From an uncultured Planctomycetales bacterium (GTDB lineage Bacteria; Omnitrophota; Gorgyraeia; Zapsychrales; JAHFFX01): DNA of 64,000 nucleotides. A model generated the notes under the pieces. That model did no database searches, was not told the origin of the DNA, and worked only from the letters and a program-made list of their open reading frames with translations. This document shows, in pieces, positions 54,892-63,387 of the stretch; positions within the stretch are counted from its first letter, which is position 1, and each line of letters starts with the position of its first letter. The position numbers and the translations under genes are program-made. The stretch spans positions 5,305 through 69,304 of the forward strand of contig CAYXGG010000007.1 of the NCBI GenBank assembly GCA_964464475.1, read 5' to 3'.

Positions 54892-56795
54892 TATTTTACT
54901 CGGGATAGTTCTTCAGGAAAGCCGTAATTATAAAATATTTTTTCAGGCCGCCGCTGGTAGTTAATAGCCTCCCTCGCATAATCTTCTGGGGATAAGAAAG
55001 TTAGCTTTTCATTCTGTACCCTCAGGATAGAGTGAATACCTGCCTGTTTTAAGTCATCAACGATTAAAGCTTCATCTTTATACGATTCCCAGCGGACTAC
55101 CGTAGTATGCCATAGTCCAATCTGGGGCATGGTGGGAAGAAGAAACGCTGATAGTTTATTCACACCCGCAACGCCGGTATCGTAGGCTACTTGGTTAAAT
55201 TTCTTTGGCTCTATTAATAGACTAGCTTCAGCGATCCGATTATCCGGGAAATAGCGGTCTCGGACCTGGGTAAAATGTAGTCGATTTGTCAGTACGGCAA
55301 GATTATCCGCTACGGTAGGCCATTTGCTGCTTCCCCCATCCGCTAGAATAATTCTCCCCGCTGGTAAAGCGAGCACGATCAGAAAGAGAATGGGAATAGT
55401 TTTATTGTTGAGAGTAAAAGCGCGGGTAAAGATAAAATCAACAACGATGATAAAGGCAAAAGCTAACACGGCAATACCATAGCGATAAACCCGTGGATCA
55501 ATAAATTGTGCAAACGCGATGCCCAAAACAACTAATAGTGAAAGAATTAGCCAATAACCTAGATGACTCATCTCCTCGGCTGTTGATTTAGAATGGCTTG
55601 CGGACCAGAGGATTACCGCAGGAAGGATAAGTAAACTTAAAAAAATGTATTTGGCCGCCGCCACGCCAGGCCAGATAAAAAAGTAACTGGCGTATTTTAT
55701 GAGCTCGCCAAAGGATAGTTTGCCAAATATAACCATAAAAACATTTTGCATTTCTTGGGTCCAGTTAAGGGCATTAAATTCAGCGGCAAAAATAGGAAAT
55801 GTCGGGCATCCAGTCACGAGCCAACTGCGTAGAAACCAGAAGCTTAAGATCATGGTCGAAGCGCATAGCATGAGGATGCTTTTAGGATTTGAAAGGATCC
55901 GGCGTAAAGTCAACAGGGGTTTAGGTTGGATCATGATTCCTAAAAGGCCCATGCCCACCAAGACATAGAGCGTTTGATATTTATTGGCTAAGAATTGAGA
56001 AAGGTAAATCAATGCAAGGAGTAATCGTGCGTTCTCTCCCGTCTTTCTTGCTTCCCAGAAATTAAACGCTGCCGCAAAGATTAAAGCTATCAGGGCGCTG
56101 TTGATGATACAACACGCATTGGCACCAGAGAAAAAAATATGCCCGTCAAAAAGCATGAACATGACGGCGGCCAACCCATACCAGGTGTTTAATTGAAATG
56201 ACGTGTATCCATAAAGGAGCAAGGCTGCGACAACTGTCCAGCCGGCTACCACCAATTGAGGAAATAGCGTTTCTTGGGGGAAGATCGATAGACCTAATGC
56301 GTAGGGAACGGCGTTAAACATCGGCGCGAAGATGCGTATGTCGGTTGCGGCATTGCCTACCAGAAAAGTTCCCTGTTCCAACCAAAGCTTTTGTGCAAAA
56401 AGATAACTGGAATGGGAATCAACATCAACCAGAAAGAAAAGGTTACGAAAGATAAAAATAATTAAGAGCGTCCCAAAAACCAGGGTGGGAAAGTCTAAGC
56501 TTCTGGGGCGTTCAAAAGCCAAACTTAATTTAGAACGAACGCTGGTCGAAAATAAGAACCCAATATTGCTGACAACAATTGCCCAAAGCCAAGGACCACG
56601 ATAGAGTCCCAAAAGCGCTAAGGTCAGCATTTGACCCACGATAAGGATGCTTCCTAATAAGAAATATTCTCCGATGAGAGTGGCGCGATTGATGGGAGAT
56701 TGGTCTTTGGGGTTTGCCCAAGAATAAATACGGATTCCCGCGATCAAGGTTGAAAAAGCGTAAAGACCGAAAAGAAAGAAAACGAGGAAATTCAT
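54888..56795 (-). CDS. Large polytopic membrane protein, GT-C-type glycosyltransferase-like (635 aa, ~14 TM)
   Basis: Many TM helices, with loop regions carrying D/E-rich motifs. It lies immediately downstream of a GT2 Dpm1-like gene, a typical polyprenyl-phosphate sugar synthase plus GT-C transferase pairing. Confidence 0.5.
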   Translation of the reverse strand: MNFLVFFLFGLYAFSTLIAGIRIYSWANPKDQSPINRATLIGEYFLLGSILIVGQMLTLALLGLYRGPWLWAIVVSNIGFLFSTSVRSKLSLAFERPRSLDFPTLVFGTLLIIFIFRNLFFLVDVDSHSSYLFAQKLWLEQGTFLVGNAATDIRIFAPMFNAVPYALGLSIFPQETLFPQLVVAGWTVVAALLLYGYTSFQLNTWYGLAAVMFMLFDGHIFFSGANACCIINSALIALIFAAAFNFWEARKTGENARLLLALIYLSQFLANKYQTLYVLVGMGLLGIMIQPKPLLTLRRILSNPKSILMLCASTMILSFWFLRSWLVTGCPTFPIFAAEFNALNWTQEMQNVFMVIFGKLSFGELIKYASYFFIWPGVAAAKYIFLSLLILPAVILWSASHSKSTAEEMSHLGYWLILSLLVVLGIAFAQFIDPRVYRYGIAVLAFAFIIVVDFIFTRAFTLNNKTIPILFLIVLALPAGRIILADGGSSKWPTVADNLAVLTNRLHFTQVRDRYFPDNRIAEASLLIEPKKFNQVAYDTGVAGVNKLSAFLLPTMPQIGLWHTTVVRWESYKDEALIVDDLKQAGIHSILRVQNEKLTFLSPEDYAREAINYQRRPEKIFYNYGFPEELSRVKY

Positions 56796-56800
56796 TCAGG

Positions 56801-57511
56801 TCAATATTTGCTGACAAATATTTCACGGATGGTTTGATAGAGGAACACGGCTCCCCAGCGCCACACTTGTAGCTTTCTTTCTCCTCCGATACGCGCGGGT
56901 TCATCTCCGGGGATTTCGGTGATCTTTAGTTTTCGTCGTGCCGCACGAATAGATAAAAGCGGTTCCCAGCTGACTTTAGTATTGAATAGTTTTTCTTCTT
57001 TCTCGTAAGCCGAATCCTTATCCAAGCCTAAATCAAAGATTAAACTTTTTTTGTAAGCGCGGTAAATAACCATAGCATCCGTGTATCGCGCTGAATGAAG
57101 AAAATTTATAAGGACTTTGGTAAACATAAAATTCCCAAAGCCCGTGATCACATCATCATCCTCACTTTTTGCACCCGGCGCATAGCGTGACACAATGACC
57201 ATGTCATAGCCTTCTTTCATTTTATTGATGCATTCTGGAATGAGTTCCGGAACCGAGTTGCCATCTGGGCTAAAAGTCAGAATCACATCTCCCGTGATGT
57301 GCGGAAGGGCCTCCATATAGGCGTGCCGCATGCCTTTTTGTTTTTGGACCACATATTGATAGCCTTGTTGTTTAATGTACTCCAAGGTTCCGTCAGTCGA
57401 TTGACCGTCAACAAATAAAAGTTGGTCATACCATTCTTTTTTGATTTTAGGCATGATGGCTTTCATTCCTACGATTTCATTGAGGGTCGGGATCAACAGC
57501 GTCACTTTCAT
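56801..57511 (-). CDS. Family 2 glycosyltransferase (polyprenyl-phosphate sugar synthase, Dpm1/GtrB-like)
   Basis: 236 aa with the VTLLIPTLNE N-terminus and DGQSTDGT and SPDGN (DxD-like) motifs typical of GT2 dolichol-phosphate mannosyltransferase-like enzymes. Confidence 0.75.
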   Translation of the reverse strand: MKVTLLIPTLNEIVGMKAIMPKIKKEWYDQLLFVDGQSTDGTLEYIKQQGYQYVVQKQKGMRHAYMEALPHITGDVILTFSPDGNSVPELIPECINKMKEGYDMVIVSRYAPGAKSEDDDVITGFGNFMFTKVLINFLHSARYTDAMVIYRAYKKSLIFDLGLDKDSAYEKEEKLFNTKVSWEPLLSIRAARRKLKITEIPGDEPARIGGERKLQVWRWGAVFLYQTIREIFVSKY

Positions 57512-57520
57512 AGGGTCTCC

Positions 57521-58027
57521 TTATCGTAATCGTTTGGTTCCGGTTATTTTAATCCCGGTATAATTGGTGCCCTCAATCGATTTTCCGTCTGCTGAGAGTG
57601 AAACCGTGTCTACCATCCCCGTGGGGTTCCAGTAAAGGGTCATCTCTTGATTTTTTAAATTAACGCAATTCCAACTTCCCGTAGCCGTGGGGATCAGATC
57701 CGTCGCATTTTTGCGCCAGGCTAAATGTCCGTCTTTTTCAAAGGTGACGACCCCTCCGATAAACCAATCCCAATTACCCAAAGCTTTTTCGCAACCAGTT
57801 GTTTTTCCTGGTGCGGAAGGGGTATTCGTCACCATGATGACTGGGGTGTTCTGTACGCCGGCTCCGGGGGGAGCTGCCGGAGCAGTTTGAGCGATAGCTG
57901 CTTTAGGAACCGCAGGTTTAAGGTTATTTAACGCCGCAATTAAACTTACCAGTGCCGTAATGACGCTGGCTATGCCGGTAAGGATACCTGGTAATGTTGA
58001 CCAAAATGGTTTAGGGTTTTCTTCCAT
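57521..58027 (-). CDS. Hypothetical membrane-anchored protein, 168 aa
   Basis: N-terminal TM (LPGILTGIASVITALVSLIAAL), an Ala/Pro-rich linker, and an extracytoplasmic domain containing two Cys. Confidence 0.45.
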   Translation of the reverse strand: MEENPKPFWSTLPGILTGIASVITALVSLIAALNNLKPAVPKAAIAQTAPAAPPGAGVQNTPVIMVTNTPSAPGKTTGCEKALGNWDWFIGGVVTFEKDGHLAWRKNATDLIPTATGSWNCVNLKNQEMTLYWNPTGMVDTVSLSADGKSIEGTNYTGIKITGTKRLR

Positions 58028-58031
58028 CCAA

Positions 58032-58340
58032 TTAATGACCGCTATATAAGGGGTAAATTTGGCAATAGTTTTCTAGTTCTCGTGGCGAGATTCCGTAAAT
58101 CAGAGCATCAGCATACCAATCACCTAGAATTTCTCGTAACCGCAAGATTTCTTTGAGTCGGTTACGAAAACGCGGATCAGCGATTGATAAGTCTAAAAGT
58201 TCTAGGGCTCGTTCCAAAGCCGAGTTCCGGTTCGGTTTATCGTTGGCTTCTTCCCAATGGCGAGCGCGTGACACTTCGCTTGCCACATGTCCGAGTTGTT
58301 GAGGTAAGGTTAATTGTTGCCAACGAGCTAATGTAATCAT
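58032..58340 (-). CDS. Hypothetical protein, 102 aa
   Basis: Soluble helical protein with no recognisable motif. It abuts the upstream 114 aa gene with zero spacing. Confidence 0.4.
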   Translation of the reverse strand: MITLARWQQLTLPQQLGHVASEVSRARHWEEANDKPNRNSALERALELLDLSIADPRFRNRLKEILRLREILGDWYADALIYGISPRELENYCQIYPLYSGH

Positions 58341-58685
58341 TTATTCCACCAGAGAATCTACGATGGTTCTGATTTTTTCTTTTAATGTTGGGTCTTGAAT
58401 TTCAATGGAGCGGTTTCCTTGTTTGGGGCGAATATTTATCAGGGACCCAAAAACTATACGTTGTTCCCGAGGCCGATCTGGGTAAAGATTAAAGCCCCAG
58501 AGATCGGTTTGTAAAGAACCATTTTTTAATAGAATTGCTTCAGCGTCCGCATGTAAATCTCCTCCGAAGGCAATGATGCTGCGTTGTAGGTCAACGACAC
58601 CTTTGACCATCTCTCCATAATTATTGAGGGCCAACTCTCGGGCCTGAGTGAGCGTTATCTTTTGGTGAATAATCACGATGTCCAT
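58341..58685 (-). CDS. Conserved hypothetical protein, 114 aa (DUF-type)
   Basis: Contains MVKGVVDL...IAFGGDLHADAEAILLKNGS...LWGFNLYP. The pattern looks conserved, but I cannot assign a function. Confidence 0.45.
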   Translation of the reverse strand: MDIVIIHQKITLTQARELALNNYGEMVKGVVDLQRSIIAFGGDLHADAEAILLKNGSLQTDLWGFNLYPDRPREQRIVFGSLINIRPKQGNRSIEIQDPTLKEKIRTIVDSLVE

Positions 58686-58700
58686 AAATCAGAGCAATAA

Positions 58701-59174
58701 TTATTTTAAATAGGACCGGATCATCCACGCGGTTTTTTCGTGAGCTTGCATTAATCCAATCAGAAAATCATTGTTGCCGGAGTCTTTATATTTCTCAGCG
58801 CATAAATCGGCCGATTCACGCAAGTTCCGGATCACGGTCTCATGGTCCGTGAGAAGAATTTTTAACATGGAATCGGCGCTCAATGTTTTTCCCGGAGCTT
58901 CTTTGAGATGGGTGTTCGCTAAGAATTCTTTCATTGATCCGGCAGACGGAAGGTCCAGCGCGCGTATGCGTTCGGCGATTTCATCGATGGCCGCCGCCAG
59001 TTGGGTGTATTGGGTCCCAAAAAATTCGTGAAATTCCACAAAGTCTTTCCCCTCCACGTTCCAATGAAAATTGAGGGTCTTGACGTAAAGGGTGAAGGTG
59101 TCGCTCAAGGTTTTTTGCAGAATGGCCGCTACCGCTTGCCGGTGTTGGCTGTTAATGCCAATGTCGATAGTCAT
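58701..59174 (-). CDS. dps: DNA-binding ferritin-like protein Dps
   Basis: 157 aa with the Dps ferroxidase motifs LSDTFTLYVKTLNFHWNVEGKDFVEFHEFF and ...DEIAERIRAL. Confidence 0.85.
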   Translation of the reverse strand: MTIDIGINSQHRQAVAAILQKTLSDTFTLYVKTLNFHWNVEGKDFVEFHEFFGTQYTQLAAAIDEIAERIRALDLPSAGSMKEFLANTHLKEAPGKTLSADSMLKILLTDHETVIRNLRESADLCAEKYKDSGNNDFLIGLMQAHEKTAWMIRSYLK

Positions 59175-59221
59175 AGGAATTCTCCTTTAATTTAACCGCC
59201 AGTAAAATATCACAGAAATCG

Positions 59222-59788
59222 TTATTTAATCCCACACTTTTCTTTTTCTTGATTGTAGTGTTTTCCGAACTGGAGGTTAATCTCTTTTAATTCTTCAGAC
59301 GAAAGTTTCGGTAAATATCGGTCTGGGTTCGCCGGGTCGGGTTGGTTGATCATAGTTAATTTTTTCATATAAGCTTCTTTAAGTGAAAAAATGTCTTCCT
59401 CCCACTCTTGGCGGGTAACGTCATCAAGGTTTTGTTCTTGAAAGAGTTTTTTCTGGAGCGTGTCTCCCATCAGTTTCCAACGGTAAGCTTTAATGGAACT
59501 GAGGCAGTCAGGTTTGTCATCTGTCGCGAGGGTTTGTTCCTGGTTATGTTCTGGGACCGCGGCGGGCTCTTCAGATTCGGGGGTAGTATTTTTGTCTTGC
59601 GTTTTGGGCAAGGTGTTTTTGATTTGGGTCCCCGTATTTTTGATGTTTTGGACATCATTTGTGGTCTGTTGCACTTTTTGAGCCGCGGACCTTAAATTGT
59701 CCCACATGCCAGCGTGGGTAGTCTGTACGCAAAGTAAAAATGTTAACAAGGTGCCAAACATGACAGCTGTTGTTGATGAATACTTCAT
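59222..59788 (-). CDS. Hypothetical secreted protein, 188 aa
   Basis: Signal peptide MKYSSTTAVMFGTLLTFLLCVQTTHA. The mature region is Q/N/T/K-rich. Confidence 0.45.
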   Translation of the reverse strand: MKYSSTTAVMFGTLLTFLLCVQTTHAGMWDNLRSAAQKVQQTTNDVQNIKNTGTQIKNTLPKTQDKNTTPESEEPAAVPEHNQEQTLATDDKPDCLSSIKAYRWKLMGDTLQKKLFQEQNLDDVTRQEWEEDIFSLKEAYMKKLTMINQPDPANPDRYLPKLSSEELKEINLQFGKHYNQEKEKCGIK

Positions 59789-59826
59789 GGTTTGTCTCCT
59801 AGTAATGTTTAGATTAAATGAAGGAA

Positions 59827-60855
59827 TTAATCACCATTATTCCCTGAACTTGACCCACTTCGGTTAAGGAGAATAAGGTTGGAGGATGTCCCTGTCCTCC
59901 ACTCCCGAATTCTTCTTAGCATTTCCGGTGAAATGCGATTAGATCCGTTATTCGGCAGTCCCGGATAGTAAATATGGAAACTTATTTGACATACTTGCCT
60001 CATGGTGGCAATGAGCATTTGAGCTTCAATTTCTAGATTAATCGCCTCTTCTTCAAGGTCTGATTGCTCTGACGGGATATTTCGAAATGCGTCATTAAGT
60101 CGGTCGCTTACTTCCCTAATGGCCGAACGTTGATTCGTCGAATCAGTCAAGTATTGGTTGGCCAGTATCCAAACTCTGCGGACATCAAATACTAACAGTA
60201 AATCATGATTGTGGATCGCCGTGTTGTTGATAATCGCTTGCGTTTCATTCTTAATTAGATCCGTCCAGTTTGCCACAATTCCCAACGATAGGCTCATCGC
60301 CGTGGCATAGTCATAAATGTCACGGTTGTAGTTGGTGGTTAAAGGGTCCACTTGATAGTTAGCAAAATTAAGGCAATCTGTTTTTAAATTTGTAAGGGCA
60401 TTTACTAGGCCTCCCAGTGTTGATAATAGCCGTCGGGCCTCATCCGAAGGTGTTTCATTAACCGGTGAGGCAATGCCTTCCACCGCAGGGTCGTTGAATA
60501 ATTCATTAAAACTTGCGATTTGCGTGGTTAAATCATCCATGATCGTTCTTAATTCGGTTATGTGCGTGTCGTATTGTCGAAGAAAATCATTAAGTAATCC
60601 ACGGTTTTGTTGAACCACGGGGAATGTTTCAAAAAGAACTTGGTTGCGATCAAAGGAGCGTTCCAAATGGCGCAAGATTAATCGAAAACGCACGTATTGA
60701 TCGTAACCTTCCGTGCAACGATGCTGTTCGGCGGTGGTTCGTAATGCCTCGACCCTTTCTTTTACTTCGCCGATTTGGGCGAATGTGGCCTGGAACCCGG
60801 AAGCCAGTGTCAGCATTGTAGCGAGGATAAAGATTTTAGTCATCGATTTTTTCAT
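59827..60855 (-). CDS. Hypothetical secreted protein, 342 aa
   Basis: Signal peptide MKKSMTKIFILATMLTLASGFQATFA. Predominantly helical, with a C-terminal S/G/N-rich tail. Confidence 0.45.
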   Translation of the reverse strand: MKKSMTKIFILATMLTLASGFQATFAQIGEVKERVEALRTTAEQHRCTEGYDQYVRFRLILRHLERSFDRNQVLFETFPVVQQNRGLLNDFLRQYDTHITELRTIMDDLTTQIASFNELFNDPAVEGIASPVNETPSDEARRLLSTLGGLVNALTNLKTDCLNFANYQVDPLTTNYNRDIYDYATAMSLSLGIVANWTDLIKNETQAIINNTAIHNHDLLLVFDVRRVWILANQYLTDSTNQRSAIREVSDRLNDAFRNIPSEQSDLEEEAINLEIEAQMLIATMRQVCQISFHIYYPGLPNNGSNRISPEMLRRIREWRTGTSSNLILLNRSGSSSGNNGD

Positions 60856-60873
60856 GGCGATTTTTATAGTTTT

Positions 60874-61887
60874 TTATTTTATATAAATTCGTTCTTCCAA
60901 GTCACGAATGTTGTCTTTAGGGTTAAGGGAACACTCCTCTCCCGAGCAGTTCCTGGCCGCGGGTTTTAAAAAACAGGCCCGCTGGGCCATGGGTAAGAGT
61001 TGTTCTATTTGGGGCACAAGGTTGGCTGCTGTTTCAGGAATATCTTGCTGCTCTCCGTTTAAATGGTCGTTGTGTTCATCCAACCAATGGCGAAAGAATT
61101 CTCCGGTCGCCATGGCATCCTCCGCGCGGCCAAGTAATAATTCAACTTGCAGTTTGAAATGTTTGGTGGCTTGCCAAGTGTTGTAAGTGTTGCGGTGCAA
61201 AGATTCGCTGGGAATGACGTTAGTTAATGAGGTTTTGATGGCATTAAGGAGATTAAACATTCGTCGGTGATAGTCTCTCATTTGAAACAGTGCTTGGGCC
61301 CCGTTGCCTAAGCGGGTATTGTATTCAGCGGGATTACGTGCCGCATGGGGTCTGAAGTACCGTTGGTCAAGTTCAAAGTTAATGAGTTGATTGTTAATCG
61401 GGATGATTTGATCAATGATCGGCTGTAAATTTCTCCAGGCGTCGACCATCCGCTGGGCGAATTCATCCACCGAATCGGGGTCGTCCACAAATCCCCCTCC
61501 TCCTGAAGCGGAAAGGTTTTCGAAAGGTTGAATACTGGCCTCCAGAATTGTCAGGGCGTTGCGTAAAGTTCCCTGATCGGGGCGGTTGTTCTCATCCTCA
61601 TCCCGGGAGATTTGATTGCTGTAGTTGGTCTGGATAGACTGAAGGTTTTGTAAGTCATACGTATATAAAGGCTGCGCCATGGCGATAAATTCAGCCCGGG
61701 CCACCAACGCGTCCGACTCTTTTTTTATTTTGGCGGCTTCACGCCGGATGAGCTTTGCTTGTTTGCATTGGTATTTTTGTATTTGTTGGTTAGCCACCGT
61801 GACTTTTTCGGTGTCTAATTCCAGCGTTTGGGCGTAGACGGGTTGGGTTGTCAAAAGAATTAATGCGAGAAATTTGATGATTTTCAT
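60874..61887 (-). CDS. Hypothetical secreted protein, 337 aa
   Basis: Signal peptide MKIIKFLALILLTTQPVYA. It has similar size and composition to the preceding gene and includes a GGGG linker. Confidence 0.45.
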   Translation of the reverse strand: MKIIKFLALILLTTQPVYAQTLELDTEKVTVANQQIQKYQCKQAKLIRREAAKIKKESDALVARAEFIAMAQPLYTYDLQNLQSIQTNYSNQISRDEDENNRPDQGTLRNALTILEASIQPFENLSASGGGGFVDDPDSVDEFAQRMVDAWRNLQPIIDQIIPINNQLINFELDQRYFRPHAARNPAEYNTRLGNGAQALFQMRDYHRRMFNLLNAIKTSLTNVIPSESLHRNTYNTWQATKHFKLQVELLLGRAEDAMATGEFFRHWLDEHNDHLNGEQQDIPETAANLVPQIEQLLPMAQRACFLKPAARNCSGEECSLNPKDNIRDLEERIYIK

Positions 61888-63125
61888 TTAAGATCCTCTT
61901 TCTGAGAGTTAGTGGTAAATTTTTTTTGTATGTAATTTTCTAATATTTGAGTGAATTCTTCCTTGATTTTTTCTCCCCGAAGGACTTTGAATTCTTTTCC
62001 ATCCACATAAACAGGGGCCACGGGTTTTTCCGATGCCCCGGGAAGGCTGATACCGATGTCCGCGTGGCGGGACTCGCCGGGTCCATTGACAACACAACCC
62101 ATGACAGCGATTTTCATCTTTTCAACGCCCGGGAATTGCTTTTTCCATAGGGGCATTTTGCGAACGATGTGATCGTTGATGTCTTGGGCGAGGATTTGAA
62201 AATAGTTGGAGCTCGTCCGTCCGCAGCCTGGGCAGCTGGTGACACTCGGTTTAAAGTAGCGCAGTCCCATGGCCTGAAGAATGTTTTTGCAGACGTCAAC
62301 TTCGCGTGAGCGGGGCACATTAGGTTGGGGTGTCAACGAAACCCGGATGGTGTCCCCAATGCCCTGCTGAAGCAAAATCGCTAAGGCAGCCGAACTGGAC
62401 GCGATGCCTTGTATGTCTCCCCCGGCTTCCGTTAAGCCAAGGTGCAGCGCGTAGTCGCACTTTTTAGCCAAACGGCTGTAAACGGTAACCATGTCTTGCA
62501 GGATGGACATTTTGCAGCTTAAGATAATTTTATTTTTAGGGCAACCGAGTTTTTCGGCCAGTTTGGCGCTGGCCAAGGCGCTGGTGAGCATGGCTTCATA
62601 AGTCACTTCTTTAAAATCTCGCGGTTTTTTTAGTTTCGCGTTTTTGTCCATTAGGGAAGTTAATAGTTCTTGATCCAGCGATCCCCAGTTAACGCCGATG
62701 CGGATGGCTTTTTTATATTTAACCGCGATATTAACAATCGCGCTAAAGTTTTCATCATGGCGTTCGCCTTTACCCACGTTACCGGGATTAATGCGATACT
62801 TATCTAAAGCTTGGGCGGTTTCGGGATGTTTGGTTAACAGGGTATGCCCATTAAAGTGAAAGTCGCCAACAATCGGGGTTTGATAGCCATTTTGCCGGAG
62901 GCGTTTGATGATGGCCGGTACCGCCAGCGCCGCGTCATCGTCATTGACCGTCCAGCGGACAAGTTCTGATCCCGCTTCGATGAGCTCCACCGTTTGCCGG
63001 TAGGTTTTTTCGATATCGGCGGTGGGCGTATCGGTCATCGATTGGATGACGACCGGAAAATCACTGCCTAATTTGACAGAACCGATGGTGACGGTGGTTA
63101 CTTTTCGTCTGGGAATGAGTTCCAT
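61884..63125 (-). CDS. ispG: 4-hydroxy-3-methylbut-2-en-1-yl diphosphate synthase (flavodoxin) IspG/GcpE
   Basis: 413 aa with a TIM-barrel N-terminal domain, an insertion, and a C-terminal 4Fe-4S domain containing the CPGCGR and CVVNGPGE Cys motifs. Confidence 0.9.
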   Translation of the reverse strand: MELIPRRKVTTVTIGSVKLGSDFPVVIQSMTDTPTADIEKTYRQTVELIEAGSELVRWTVNDDDAALAVPAIIKRLRQNGYQTPIVGDFHFNGHTLLTKHPETAQALDKYRINPGNVGKGERHDENFSAIVNIAVKYKKAIRIGVNWGSLDQELLTSLMDKNAKLKKPRDFKEVTYEAMLTSALASAKLAEKLGCPKNKIILSCKMSILQDMVTVYSRLAKKCDYALHLGLTEAGGDIQGIASSSAALAILLQQGIGDTIRVSLTPQPNVPRSREVDVCKNILQAMGLRYFKPSVTSCPGCGRTSSNYFQILAQDINDHIVRKMPLWKKQFPGVEKMKIAVMGCVVNGPGESRHADIGISLPGASEKPVAPVYVDGKEFKVLRGEKIKEEFTQILENYIQKKFTTNSQKEDLK

Positions 63126-63135
63126 GGGATGACTA

Positions 63136-63273
63136 GGTCACAAGACACACGTCACACGACACAAGTGATTTAATTTATCAGAAAGTTTTTAAATTCTAAA
63201 ACTTTTGAAATAAATTTTGTAATTGATTTAATAAGCCGTTCTCATTTTGTGACTTGTGTCTGGTGACTCGTGA
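63136..63273. repeat. MITE-like element: two inverted ~30 bp GTCACA/GACACA-unit repeats (63136-63167 and 63247-63273) flanking a 79 bp AT-rich core, in the divergent ispG-ispH promoter region
   Basis: The left arm is GTCACAAGACACACGTCACACGACACAAGTGA. The right arm is TTGTGACTTGTGTCTGGTGACTCGTGA. The same unit family occurs at 32961-33019. Confidence 0.55.
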
Positions 63274-63387
63274 ATCCTTTCAAATAAATGTATTTTTTTA
63301 TTTAAATCACAATGTTATAATTTGCCCCATTATAAATAAATAACCTCGGGAGTTCAAAGCATTTCTCCCCCCTGTTTGGAGTTTGTT

